From assembly GCA_963787535.1 (NCBI GenBank), contig CAWBDB010000006.1, positions 54,944 to 118,943 of the forward strand: DNA of 64,000 nucleotides. The letters run 5' to 3'. This document shows positions 38,252 to 48,000 of this stretch, in pieces (the stretch's first letter is position 1; each line of letters begins with the position of its first letter). The notes below the pieces were generated by a model that saw only the letters and a list, made by a program, of their open reading frames with translations, did no database searches and had not been told where the DNA came from. Origin of the DNA: an uncultured Solirubrobacterales bacterium (GTDB lineage: Bacteria; Actinomycetota; Thermoleophilia; Solirubrobacterales; Solirubrobacteraceae). A program made the position numbers and the translations under genes.

Positions 38252-39463
38252 ATGGCGCTGACGACCCCCTACACCGAGAAGACCGACGAGCAGAAGGCGA
38301 TCTGCGAGATGGTCCACCAGTTCGCCGACGAGCAGATCCTCCCCAACGCCGAGCACTACGACCACGAGGACTCCTTCCCCGAGCCGATCGTCGAGCAGAT
38401 GAAGGAGCTCGGCCTGTTCGGGGTCACGATCCCCGAGGAGTACGGAGGGATGGGCCTTGACCTGACCACGTACGCGATGATCGTGGAGGAGCTCTCCCGC
38501 GGCTGGATCTCCATCTCCGGGATCGTCAACACCCACTTCATCGGCTCCTACCTGCTGATGAAGTTCGGCAGCGAGGAGCAGAAGCAGAAGTACCTGCCGC
38601 GGATGGCCAATGGAGAGATACGCGCCGCGTTCTCGCTGAGCGAGCCGGAGTGCGGCTCCGACGTGCAGGCGATCAAAACCAGCGCCAAGCGGGTCGACGG
38701 TGACGCCTACGAGATCAACGGGTCCAAGATGTGGGTCACCAACGGCCTGCTCTCCACCCTGGTGTTCACGCTGGTCAAGACCGATCCCGGCGCCGAGCCC
38801 AAGTACAAGGGGATGACGTGCTTCATCGCCGAGAAGGAGCCGGGGGTGAGCGAGAACACCGGTGAGTACGCGGGCTTCAACGTCCCGCCGAAGATCAAGA
38901 AGCTGGGCTACAAGGGCGTCGAGTCGACCGAGCTCGTGTTCGACGGCTACCGCACGCCCGCCGACTCGATCCTCGGCGGCGAGCAGGTCGGCCTCGGACA
39001 GGGTTTCGTGCAGATGATGGACGCGCTCGAGGTCGGGCGGGTCAACGTCGCCGCCCGCGGGGTGGGGATCGCTCAGCGCGCACTCGAGCTGGCGCTGAGG
39101 TATTCCCAGGAGCGCAAGGCGTTCGGCAAGGAGATCGCCCAGCATCAGGCGATCCAGTTCAAGCTCGCCGATATGGCCACCCAGGTCGAGGCGGCGCGGC
39201 TGCTGACGATCCGGGCGGCCAGGCTCAAGGACGCGGGCGACCGCAGCGATCTGGAGGCGGGAATGGCCAAGCTGTTCGCTTCCGAGGCCGGGCGCTTCTG
39301 CGTTGAAGAGGCCTTCCGCATCCACGGCGGCTACGGCTATTCCAAGGAGTACGAGATCGAGCGGCTCTATCGTGACGCGCCGCTGCTGCTGATCGGCGAG
39401 GGCACGAGCGAGATCCAGCGGATGGTGATCGGCCGCAAGCTGCTCCAGCGCCACAAGCTCTAG
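38252..39463 (+). CDS. Acyl-CoA dehydrogenase
   Basis: FSLSEPECGSD, INGSKMWVTN, KLGYKG, GRVNVAA, Q.RKAFG, HGGYGYSKEY..ERLYRD, GEGTSEIQR; TATCCT 7 nt before ATG suggests a leaderless transcript. Confidence 0.95.
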   Translation: MALTTPYTEKTDEQKAICEMVHQFADEQILPNAEHYDHEDSFPEPIVEQMKELGLFGVTIPEEYGGMGLDLTTYAMIVEELSRGWISISGIVNTHFIGSYLLMKFGSEEQKQKYLPRMANGEIRAAFSLSEPECGSDVQAIKTSAKRVDGDAYEINGSKMWVTNGLLSTLVFTLVKTDPGAEPKYKGMTCFIAEKEPGVSENTGEYAGFNVPPKIKKLGYKGVESTELVFDGYRTPADSILGGEQVGLGQGFVQMMDALEVGRVNVAARGVGIAQRALELALRYSQERKAFGKEIAQHQAIQFKLADMATQVEAARLLTIRAARLKDAGDRSDLEAGMAKLFASEAGRFCVEEAFRIHGGYGYSKEYEIERLYRDAPLLLIGEGTSEIQRMVIGRKLLQRHKL

Positions 39464-39553
39464 CGGCGCGCTGTCGCGCGCCCGTGATGTGCGCCGCGTA
39501 AACTCAGCCGTCTGGCTTCTCCCTCGGACACCAAGACCCTGATCGAGACAGCC

Positions 39554-39904
39554 GTGACCCGGTTTCTCGACGAGGTGCCGGCGCTGGCGCAGTTGAAGCT
39601 GGTGGTGGGACTCGAGCTCCGGGGGCGCGGGGACATTCAGCTCTACCGCGTGGAGCTCCCCGGTCCCAAGGTGAGCAAGGACATCGCTGCCGACGCCAAG
39701 GTGCGGCTGGAGGTGCCGCGCTCGCACTTCAACGAGCTGGCGACCAAGGGGAACGTCAAGCATTGGCGCGAGGCCTTCCAGAAGGGCGACGCCAAGGCCA
39801 CGGGCGTCGAGCAGGTGCTGAGGCTGATCGCCCAGGTCGTCGAGCGTCAGGAGGAGCGGGGGCGTACGCGCAAGGTCGGCGGGTCCCGAGCGTCCCGACA
39901 CTGA
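39554..39904 (+). CDS. Hypothetical protein, possibly SCP2-like fold
   Basis: Protein-like codon pattern; FNELATKG..WREAFQKGDAKATG; true start may lie slightly upstream. Confidence 0.55.
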   Translation: MTRFLDEVPALAQLKLVVGLELRGRGDIQLYRVELPGPKVSKDIAADAKVRLEVPRSHFNELATKGNVKHWREAFQKGDAKATGVEQVLRLIAQVVERQEERGRTRKVGGSRASRH

Positions 39905-39977
39905 CCACGCTGACGCGGCAGCGCACGAGCCGCACCTGCCTCGCCGGGCTAGGAGCGTGCCGGCTCGGTGCCGGTGA

Positions 39978-40892
39978 CTACCCGCCGGCCACCGGCGCGA
40001 TGAACGTGCACGTCGGGTGCTGCGGGTGGGCAGGGTCCAGGGCACTCAGCGCGTCGGCATCGGCGATGTGGTCATAGGCCATCGACAGGTGCTCACCGAA
40101 GTCCAGCGCGCACTGATCTTGAAGGGTGATGTTGGTGACGTCCGGGCCCGTGAGGAACGCCGAGGTGTAGGGGGTGACGACCTCGTCGTAGCGCGACTCG
40201 ATCACGGTGTAGCTGACGCCCGCGACGGTATCGCCGCCGCGGTTGAGGTTGGTGAGAAACGCCGAACCCTGCTCCTGCTGAGCGCATGCCGGGCACAGCG
40301 CGGGGACGAACTGGCTGGCCCCAGGGAAGTAGCTCGCCAGCGTCGCCAGCCCGTCGAGCGTCGTCCCATGGTTGGACGGCGCCAGTCCCACCAGCGTGTG
40401 CACCCTGGCGGCGCCGCCGAGGAACTTCAGGTAATAGCGCGGCATCATCCCGCCTTGGGAATGTCCGACGAGATCGACCTGCCTGGCCCCGGTCGACGTC
40501 AGGACCTGGCCGACGAAGCTCGCCAGCTGAGCCGCGGAGGCGGGGATGTCGCCGATTCCGTAAATGCCGATCTGCCCGCTCCCGGCATACGAGCCGTAGT
40601 TGAACGCGAACACGCAGTAGCCGTTGTTGACCAGCAGCGGCGACAGTGCCTGCCAGTTGTCGGCCATGTCCTCGGAGGTTCCGTGGACCAGGATCACCGG
40701 GCGGGGATGCGCCGCAGTGGGACGGCAGGAGAAGTTGTTCGCCCCCGGCGGACTGGCCGTCGGGCTGATGTGCGCGAAGCCGTAGGCGCTGTTGTAGATC
40801 ACCGGCAGCTGGGCAGATGCGGCCGCGGTCAGGGCCAGTGTTCCCACCAGCGCGGCCCCGCTGACCGCCAGCACGCGCTGAACTCTTCTCAT
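39978..40892 (-). CDS. Secreted lipase (class 2 / alpha-beta hydrolase)
   Basis: Signal peptide, PVILVHGT, GHSQGG nucleophile elbow, YDEVVTP, EHL; ATG 40892 after GGAGAGGG RBS. Confidence 0.9.
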   Translation of the reverse strand: MRRVQRVLAVSGAALVGTLALTAAASAQLPVIYNSAYGFAHISPTASPPGANNFSCRPTAAHPRPVILVHGTSEDMADNWQALSPLLVNNGYCVFAFNYGSYAGSGQIGIYGIGDIPASAAQLASFVGQVLTSTGARQVDLVGHSQGGMMPRYYLKFLGGAARVHTLVGLAPSNHGTTLDGLATLASYFPGASQFVPALCPACAQQEQGSAFLTNLNRGGDTVAGVSYTVIESRYDEVVTPYTSAFLTGPDVTNITLQDQCALDFGEHLSMAYDHIADADALSALDPAHPQHPTCTFIAPVAGG

Positions 40893-40958
40893 ACCCTCTC
40901 CTCTCCAGGCGACGGCGTATGTAAAGCAGATCAACCGCGCCGATGTCAAGCGCTCAGA

Positions 40959-42773
40959 TCAAGCGCCTCGACCCGGCCGTTGCCCGGCCAGCGCCTCGGC
41001 CTCGCCCAGCTGGCGCTCGACGAGGTCCAGCCCTCGCTCCCAGAACCCCGGATCGGCGAGGTCGATGCCCACGACCGCGCCCAGCTCCTCGGGGCTGCGT
41101 GAGCCGCCGGCCGCGAGTAGCTCCAGGTACCGGGGAACCATCTCCTCGCCCTCCTCCAGGTAGCGCTGGTAGACCGACAGCGCCAGCAGCTGCCCGTAGG
41201 CGTAGGCGTACACATACCCGGGAGTGTTGATGAAGTGCGGCACGTAGGACCACCACGTCCGGTAGCCATCGGTGATCTCCACCGAGTCTCCGAACAGCTC
41301 CGCCTGGGTCTCCACCCACAGCTCGCCGATGCGCTCGACCGACAGCTCGCCCTCACGGCGGCGGCCGGTGTGCACGAGGTGCTCGAAGCGGTTCATCGCC
41401 ATCTGGCGGAACACAGTGGCGATCGCACCGTCGATCCGGTCGGCGAGCAGGCCCAGCCGCGTGTCGTCATCGCCGGCGGCCTGCAGCATCCGTCCGAAGG
41501 TCAGCGCCTCGCCGAACACCGAGGCCGTCTCGGCCAGCGTCAGCGGCGTCGATTGGTGAAACACGCCTTGCTGCTGGGCCAGCGCGGCATGCAGGCCGTG
41601 GCCGAGCTCGTGGGCCATGGTGAGCACGTCGCGGCGGCGAGCGGTGAAGTTCAGCAGCACGTAGGGGTGGACGCTGGGCACGGTGTAGGCGCAGAACGCC
41701 CCTCCACGCTTGTGCTCGCGGACCGGAGCGTCGATCCACCGCTCGTCGAAGAAGCGGCGGACGACGTTCCCGGCCTGCGACGAGAACGCGCTATAGGTCT
41801 CGAGCACCAGCTCGCGGGCCTCTGCGAACGAGAAAGTGATGTCCTCGGGCAGCACCGGTGCCGCGCGGTCATAGTCGGCGATTCGCTCCACGCCGAGGAG
41901 CTTCGCCTTGAGCCGGTACCACCGCTGCGGGATCTCGTAGCGGCCCCGAACGGCCTCGATCAACGCCATCACCGAGGCATCCGAGGCCTCGTTGGCCAGG
42001 TTGCGGGCGGCCAGCCAGTGCGGGTAGCCGCGCAGCCGGTCCTCGACCGCCTTGTCCTGGGCGAGCGTGTTGAGGATGAACGCGCGCGTCCGCAGCCCGG
42101 GGGCGAGTGTGGCGCTGACCGCCTCCGCGGCCTCCCGGCGCCGCTCGCGCTCGGGCGCCTGCAGGCGGCTGAGGGCCACCTCCAGCGAGGAATCCTGCCC
42201 GTCCAGCCTGACCCGCAGGGCCGAAACCAGCTCACCAAACAAGCGGCTCCACGCGGCTTGGCTGGAGATCGACTTCTCGGCCAGGATCTTCTCCTCGGGC
42301 TCGGAGAGCAGGTGCGGTCGATAGCGCCGCGCGCTGCGCAGGTGGTGGCGGCAGAACTCCAGTCCGTCGGCACGCAGTAGCTCGTCGGCGCGGTCATCGT
42401 CCAGCTCGGCCCACTCCAGCTCGAAGAACAGCAGCAGCGTCTCGATCTCCGTCGCCCGCTCCTGCACCAGTGCCAGCAAGGCACCGCGCGCCGGGTCGGC
42501 GGTGTCGGTGGCAAAGCGCAGCGACGCATACGAACCCGCCTTCCCGACGAGCTCGTGAATCGCCTCGAGCTCGTGCATCGCCGCGATCAGCCCGGCGGCG
42601 TCGAGCCGGCCGACGTTGCCCGCGTGGCGCTGCGAGAACTCGCGTGCCAGCTGCAGCGCGCGATCGAGCTGACGCTGTACGCCGCCATCCTCGGCGCCGT
42701 CGACAAGCGGCTCGAGGTCCCACTCGGTGGCCAGCAGCTCGGGGTCGGAGAGGTTCTCGGCGGTGGCGGACAT
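40959..42773 (-). CDS. Oligoendopeptidase F (M3B)
   Basis: WDLEPL, KRGGAFC, HPYVLLNF, TMAHELGHGLH, AETAS.FGE, FYVY-like GYVYAYAYG. Confidence 0.92.
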   Translation of the reverse strand: MSATAENLSDPELLATEWDLEPLVDGAEDGGVQRQLDRALQLAREFSQRHAGNVGRLDAAGLIAAMHELEAIHELVGKAGSYASLRFATDTADPARGALLALVQERATEIETLLLFFELEWAELDDDRADELLRADGLEFCRHHLRSARRYRPHLLSEPEEKILAEKSISSQAAWSRLFGELVSALRVRLDGQDSSLEVALSRLQAPERERRREAAEAVSATLAPGLRTRAFILNTLAQDKAVEDRLRGYPHWLAARNLANEASDASVMALIEAVRGRYEIPQRWYRLKAKLLGVERIADYDRAAPVLPEDITFSFAEARELVLETYSAFSSQAGNVVRRFFDERWIDAPVREHKRGGAFCAYTVPSVHPYVLLNFTARRRDVLTMAHELGHGLHAALAQQQGVFHQSTPLTLAETASVFGEALTFGRMLQAAGDDDTRLGLLADRIDGAIATVFRQMAMNRFEHLVHTGRRREGELSVERIGELWVETQAELFGDSVEITDGYRTWWSYVPHFINTPGYVYAYAYGQLLALSVYQRYLEEGEEMVPRYLELLAAGGSRSPEELGAVVGIDLADPGFWERGLDLVERQLGEAEALAGQRPGRGA

Positions 42774-42784
42774 CGGCACGCAGG

Positions 42785-44938
42785 TTATCTGGACGACGGC
42801 GGGCAGCGGCTCGGATCAAGCCGGCCGTGGACTGCGAACACGGTGATGTACCCGCTCCCGGCCCGACCCTGGAAGGCGATCGTCACGGCTGGATCGCCAG
42901 CGGTCCAGGCCCCCTCGGCCGAGGGCACCAGCACCCGCGAGTGCCACGGGTCCCGGGCCGGCGTGGTCACCAGGTACCGCAGCCTGGCCGCGTTGACGGC
43001 CCGGCGCCAGCCCGGGCAGCTCCCGATCGCGGTGAACGACCCGTGCGGTCCGTGAGCGGCGATGTACTGCACGTGGTTGGAGCCGTCGACGCCGTACAGC
43101 GGGTAGGCGAAGAAGCCGCCGAAGGTGCCGACGACGCCGACCCGCGCGTCGTGAACGTGACGAAAGAACGCCCACGTCCGCGACAGTTGGGAGATTCGGG
43201 GGTGAAAGCCGTAGCGGCGGCGGAAATAGCGGCGCTGACCGGCGAAGCCGGCGGCGGCCAGGACCACAGCCATCGCGATGAGCGCGAGCACCAGACCCGG
43301 GCGAAGCGCCGGGATCGACTGTGCCCGCTGAACCCGGGCGCGAGCGGCGCCGGGGCTGCTGAACGTCGGGATCACCGCCCCCCGCGCACCCAGAGCCACC
43401 AGAGCCCCCAGAGTCGCCCCGGCGCCGATCACGACCTGGCCGAGCACGTGTCCCCCCGGCCACAGCCGCGGGACCGTCAGCGTGGCCACCAGCATCGCCC
43501 CCAGAGCGCCGAGCACGATGATCTGCCCCCGTGCGCCCCGCAGCACCGGCGCCAGCGGCAGTGCCAACAGCGACAGCGTCAGCGCCGGAGCGCTGTAGCG
43601 GAGATTGAACGCGAACCCCAGCGGATGGCCCGCCGGGCCGGCCGCGCTCTCCGGGGTGACCAGGTAGGCCAGCAGAGAGGCGAGCGCGACGACCCCCACT
43701 AGCCGGGCCCGCGGATCGGCTCCGGGCGCCAGGCACAGCAGCGGTCCCACCACCACCGCGCCGACCACGGCCCACCACCAGGGGCCGAATCCCGCCGTCA
43801 GCCCGGGGACCGCGAACCCGGACCAGAACCGACCCTGAAGGAGGTAGTGGGCGACCGAGAACGCGGTGTGGGCCTGCACCGGCGCAGCCGGCACCGCCAG
43901 CCCGGGGAGGTCCAGCCACGGCAGCGGATTGCCGACCGCGATCAGGTTGCGCAGGTACCAGAAGCCGCCGGCAAGCGCCAGCGGCAGGACCCATACCCGG
44001 GCGCTATCAGCGCGCCGCCGCCACGCCAGCACGGCGATCGTCAACCCCACGACCGGTGCCAGCAGCGACAGCTTCACCGAGACCGCCAGCCCGGCGGCGA
44101 TCGCCGCCAGAACCAACGCCGCCGGCTGCTCCGGCTCGCGCAGGACCAAGGCCACCGCGGCGATCAGGAAGAACACCCCGACCACGTCGTTGGCGGCGCT
44201 GCCGGCCTGGGAGAGCAGCATCATAGGCGTGGCCATCGCCAGCGCGCCGCCGAGCAGCGTCAGCACCCCGGCGCCCAGCGGTGCCCCGACGCAGTACGCC
44301 GCCAGCAACACCAGGGCCAGCCACAGCAAGTTCAAACCCGGCGAGAGCAGATCGCCGCCGAACAGCACGATGCCGAGCCCGTGGAACAGCTCCGCGGTGG
44401 CGGGATAGAACGCCGTCAGGTACTCGACGTCGGTGAAGTGCAGCGTCGTGATCTGGCCAGACTGCGCGAACGATGCCGCCCACGGCAGGTGGTACCACAG
44501 CGTGTCGAAGGTGCGGATGCCAACGTCGTAGGAGATCAGGGTGGGGCCGGTCCACTCGGCGTAAACGGCGCCAACTGCGACAACTGCGGCAACGACCAGC
44601 ATGGCCGCACGGCGCCTTGGGAGCCCGGGCGCTTCACGCTGTGCTACGCGAGCGTGAAAGCGTCCGGGCCTCCCACGCGCTCTCGCGGTCCCCAGGCCAA
44701 TTGCGATGGCACCGATGACGAGCGGAGCCGGCTTGAACAGGCCCAGCGCGCCGAGGAGCTGCATCAGCGCCGTCAGCAGCGCCAGGCCGATTACCGCTTC
44801 GGCCAGCCGCGCGGGGGCGCCGGACCAGTCGCTCAGCAGGCGGCGGCGGACCAGCACCGCGGCGTGGCCCAGCGATCCGGCCAGAATCAGCAGCGTGGCT
44901 ACGCCGAACGCGTAGCGGCCGGCGCCGAGACCGCTCAT
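42785..44938 (-). CDS. Large polytopic membrane protein, GT-C glycosyltransferase-like
   Basis: >12 hydrophobic segments; luminal FDTLWYHLP and YPATAEL loop, NDV, WYLRN..GNP; C-terminal extracellular domain. Confidence 0.65.
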   Translation of the reverse strand: MSGLGAGRYAFGVATLLILAGSLGHAAVLVRRRLLSDWSGAPARLAEAVIGLALLTALMQLLGALGLFKPAPLVIGAIAIGLGTARARGRPGRFHARVAQREAPGLPRRRAAMLVVAAVVAVGAVYAEWTGPTLISYDVGIRTFDTLWYHLPWAASFAQSGQITTLHFTDVEYLTAFYPATAELFHGLGIVLFGGDLLSPGLNLLWLALVLLAAYCVGAPLGAGVLTLLGGALAMATPMMLLSQAGSAANDVVGVFFLIAAVALVLREPEQPAALVLAAIAAGLAVSVKLSLLAPVVGLTIAVLAWRRRADSARVWVLPLALAGGFWYLRNLIAVGNPLPWLDLPGLAVPAAPVQAHTAFSVAHYLLQGRFWSGFAVPGLTAGFGPWWWAVVGAVVVGPLLCLAPGADPRARLVGVVALASLLAYLVTPESAAGPAGHPLGFAFNLRYSAPALTLSLLALPLAPVLRGARGQIIVLGALGAMLVATLTVPRLWPGGHVLGQVVIGAGATLGALVALGARGAVIPTFSSPGAARARVQRAQSIPALRPGLVLALIAMAVVLAAAGFAGQRRYFRRRYGFHPRISQLSRTWAFFRHVHDARVGVVGTFGGFFAYPLYGVDGSNHVQYIAAHGPHGSFTAIGSCPGWRRAVNAARLRYLVTTPARDPWHSRVLVPSAEGAWTAGDPAVTIAFQGRAGSGYITVFAVHGRLDPSRCPPSSR

Positions 44939-44977
44939 ACCCGCCGTGCGGCCACGGCTACGCTTAGCTGGCATCCC

Positions 44978-45472
44978 ATGACCGGCCGTAGAGTAAGAGT
45001 CTTTCCCCGACGGCCTCTCAGCCTGGTTCCCCTCGCGGCGCTGATCCTTGCCATCTCAGGCTGCGGCGCCGACTCCCCCCGCACCCCGCAGCTCTCCCGC
45101 CTGCCGTTGGTGGCGGGCGCGCGGATCTCGGTCAAGGTCCACGTCTGCGACACCGGAGCCAATGCCTTCTGCGCCTGGGAGGTGGTGGTGGTGGCGCCGC
45201 GCTACCGCGACGCGGACACCCTGTTCAAGAGCGAGCACCGCCACCTGCTGAAGCTGGGCTGGAGCGGCGCCGACGGTGACATCGGCGACGAGCACGCCGC
45301 CGATTCGCCGGGGCACAAGCTGCGCGTGACCTACGCCACCCCTACCGGCGACCTCAAGGGAATCGACCTAGGCTGGATCCGGCGCTCCCGGCCGGTCACG
45401 TTGGCCCTCAGCCAGGCGATTTTCGCCCACGCACCGGCACTGTCGATGCTGCTCGAGCAGGGCGCAGCCTAA
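44978..45472 (+). CDS. Hypothetical lipoprotein
   Basis: Basic N-terminus, hydrophobic stretch, lipobox LAISGC. Confidence 0.6.
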   Translation: MTGRRVRVFPRRPLSLVPLAALILAISGCGADSPRTPQLSRLPLVAGARISVKVHVCDTGANAFCAWEVVVVAPRYRDADTLFKSEHRHLLKLGWSGADGDIGDEHAADSPGHKLRVTYATPTGDLKGIDLGWIRRSRPVTLALSQAIFAHAPALSMLLEQGAA

Positions 45473-46650
45473 CGGGCCTGAAGCTCGAGCCGACGCTGCG
45501 CTCCGACCGCGATCGCGCAGTGCCCGTGCAGCAGATCGTGGAGGTCGCCGCCGACCAGCTCGCGCCGCCAGCCCGACAGCGTTCGCAGCTGCGGCTCGGG
45601 CTCGCCGCGGCGGGCGGCGCCGACGATCTGCTCGAGCTCGCTGCGGGAGGCGATCAGCTCGTAGGCCAGTCCGGCCTCCAACGCCCGCGCGCGCAGCAGC
45701 GCCTCGGCGAGCGCGATCAGCGGCGCGTCCGCCGGCTCCGAGCGACCGCGGGGCTCCTCTCGGGGAATCGGGGGCGCCGCCTCCCCGGCCCGGATCGCCG
45801 CCACGATCGCCTCACCGCGACGGCGCACCGTTGAGGGATGCAGACCGCGGATCTGCTCCAGGCCCTGTGAGCTCGAAGGCTGGCGCTTGGCCAGCTCCAC
45901 CAGCGGCGCGTCGGCCAGCACCGAGCCCACCGGCCGGTCCTCCCCGGCTGCCGTTCGCTCGCGCCAGGCGGCGAGCTCCCGGGCCACCGCGCGCGCCCGT
46001 GGATCCAGCTGGCCAACACGCGGCAGGCGCTCCCAGGCGACGAGTGGATCGCGCTCGTCGGTGGCGCCCTCCAGCCGGCGGCATTCCTCGCGCGCCCATT
46101 GCAGGCGCTGCGAGAACTCCAGTCGCCGCTGGAGCTCGTCGGTCAACTCCAGCAAATGAGCCACGTCCTCGGCGGCATAGCTCAGCTGCTCGGCGCTCAG
46201 GGGCCGGGCGTCCCAGCGGGTGTAGCTGGCGGTCTTGCCCACCCGGCGGCCGAGCACCGAGCCGAGCAGGTTGCCATAGCCGCTCTGCGCGCTGGCGCCG
46301 GCAAATCCGGCCGCCAGCTGGGTGTCGAAGATGTTGGTGAGCTCCGTGCGCCACACCCGTCCCAGGATCGCCACGTCCTGCCGGCCGGCGTGCAGGATCA
46401 CTTCCACGCCGGGATCGGCCAGCAGCTGCGCCAGAGGGCTGATGTCGGGCTCGCTCAGCGGATCGATCAGGACGATGCGCGTCCCGTGCTCATCGTGGTC
46501 GTCGTCGACGGCGACCTGGACCAGGCACAGCAGCGCCCGGTAGCGACCCTCGGACATGAACTCGGTGTCGATTCCCAGGCGGCCGTGCGCCCGCCCCAGC
46601 TGAGCAGCGTGCGCGATCTCCGGCGACGTGGCCAGGCCCCCAACGTCCAT
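45469..46650 (-). CDS. rnd: Ribonuclease D (DEDDy exonuclease + HRDC)
   Basis: GIDTEF, LCLVQV, ILHAGRQD, FDTQLAA, W..RPLS..QL.YAAEDV, HRDC LAAWRE..A. Confidence 0.92.
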   Translation of the reverse strand: MDVGGLATSPEIAHAAQLGRAHGRLGIDTEFMSEGRYRALLCLVQVAVDDDHDEHGTRIVLIDPLSEPDISPLAQLLADPGVEVILHAGRQDVAILGRVWRTELTNIFDTQLAAGFAGASAQSGYGNLLGSVLGRRVGKTASYTRWDARPLSAEQLSYAAEDVAHLLELTDELQRRLEFSQRLQWAREECRRLEGATDERDPLVAWERLPRVGQLDPRARAVARELAAWRERTAAGEDRPVGSVLADAPLVELAKRQPSSSQGLEQIRGLHPSTVRRRGEAIVAAIRAGEAAPPIPREEPRGRSEPADAPLIALAEALLRARALEAGLAYELIASRSELEQIVGAARRGEPEPQLRTLSGWRRELVGGDLHDLLHGHCAIAVGAQRRLELQAR

Positions 46651-46719
46651 GCCGGCTCACCCTACAGCCCCGGACAAGCCAAATCACCGGGCCCGCCATC
46701 CAGAGGCGGGCCGATTCAA

Positions 46720-46744
46720 ATAACCTACTCGGCTGGTAGGATTT
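46720..46744. promoter_or_regulatory. Rrf2-type operator, copy 1 (before rrf2-sufCSU)
   Basis: ATAACCTAC-N7-GTAGGATTT, ending 4 nt before the GTG start. Confidence 0.7.
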
Positions 46745-46748
46745 AGCA

Positions 46749-47210
46749 GTGATCTTCTCCTCCAAGGCCGAGTACGGCGTGCGCTTGATGGTCGAGCTCG
46801 GCCGCCAATCACCCGAGCATCCCACGAGTCTCAAGGCCATCGCCGATGCCGAGGGACTGCCGCTGGCCTATCTGGAGCAGGTCGTGGCCCGGCTGCGCAA
46901 GGTTGGCCTGGTGATGAGCGCGCGCGGCGCCCACGGCGGCTACTGGCTGGCGCGGCCGGCGGATGAGATCAGCATGGACGAGGTCGTGCAGGCACTCGAA
47001 GGCTCGATTGCCCCGATGGAGTGCTTCGTGCACGACCACACCGCGCGCGTACTGTGCTCGCACCTGCCCGATGCCGGACGTGGATGCGCCACCAAGCTGC
47101 TGTGGACGCGGGTGCAGGGCGGGATCATCCGCTCGCTGCAGACCACGACTCTGGCCGAGCTGGTGGAGTTCTCGCGCCGCGCCGAGCCGGTGACCGCGGC
47201 GGCGCTGTGA
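46749..47210 (+). CDS. Rrf2-family (IscR-like) Fe-S regulator
   Basis: KAEYGVR..EL, YLEQVVARLRKVGLVMSARGAHGGY.LAR; three C-terminal Cys. Confidence 0.9.
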   Translation: MIFSSKAEYGVRLMVELGRQSPEHPTSLKAIADAEGLPLAYLEQVVARLRKVGLVMSARGAHGGYWLARPADEISMDEVVQALEGSIAPMECFVHDHTARVLCSHLPDAGRGCATKLLWTRVQGGIIRSLQTTTLAELVEFSRRAEPVTAAAL

Positions 47211-47235
47211 ACGTTCCCCAAGTCGAAAGCCCGAG

Positions 47236-48000
47236 ATGCCAGACCTAGAGATCCGAAACCTTCACGTCCGTACCGGGGACAAGGAGATCCTGCGCGGCTT
47301 GGAGCTGAGTGTCGGCGCGGGCGAGATCCACGCGCTGATGGGGCCCAACGGCAGTGGCAAGTCGACGCTGGCCAACGCGATCATGGGCCATCCCAACTTC
47401 GAGGTCACCGACGGCCAGATCGTGTGGGGTGGAGAGGACATCACTGACGCCGAAACCGACGAGCGCGCGCGCGCGGGCCTGTTCATGGCCTTCCAGTACC
47501 CGGTCGCAGTGCCCGGGGTGACCGTGACCAAGTACCTGCGCACGGTGCTCAATGCCCATCGCGAGTCCCGCGGCGAGGAGCCGATTCCCCTCAAGGAGTT
47601 CCGTCAGACCGTCGAGACGGCGATGAAGCTCGTCAGCGTGCCCCGCGAGTTCGCCGGCCGCTACCTCAACGAGGGGTTCTCCGGCGGAGAAAAGAAGCGG
47701 ATGGAGATCCTGCAGCTGGCGCTGCAAAAGCCGCAGCTGGCGATCCTCGACGAGACCGACTCGGGCTTGGACATCGACGCGCTCCGGGTAGTGGCCAACG
47801 GCGTCAACTCCGTCGCCGGTCCGGAGATGGGTGTGCTCATCATCACCCACTACCAGCGCATCCTGCACCTGGTGCAGCCCAGCCACGTGCACGTCATGTA
47901 CCAGGGAAGGATCGTCAAGCAGGGCGGTCCCGAGCTGGTCGACGAGCTCGAGGCCAAGGGCTACGGCTGGATCACCGACGAGATCGAGGCTGCGGTTTGA
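47236..48000 (+). CDS. sufC: Fe-S cluster assembly ATPase SufC
   Basis: MGPNGSGKST, FQYP, NEGFSGGEKKR, LDETDSGLDID, ITHYQR. Confidence 0.97.
   Translation: MPDLEIRNLHVRTGDKEILRGLELSVGAGEIHALMGPNGSGKSTLANAIMGHPNFEVTDGQIVWGGEDITDAETDERARAGLFMAFQYPVAVPGVTVTKYLRTVLNAHRESRGEEPIPLKEFRQTVETAMKLVSVPREFAGRYLNEGFSGGEKKRMEILQLALQKPQLAILDETDSGLDIDALRVVANGVNSVAGPEMGVLIITHYQRILHLVQPSHVHVMYQGRIVKQGGPELVDELEAKGYGWITDEIEAAV

Noticed and set aside
37442-40045. 867-aa minus-strand ORF and similar long antisense ORFs (e.g. 13976-15439, 60987-62828, 50618-52069, 43847-44977)
   Set aside because: Shadow frames of well-supported genes in high-GC DNA; low-complexity Arg/Gly/Pro/Ala content and no motifs.
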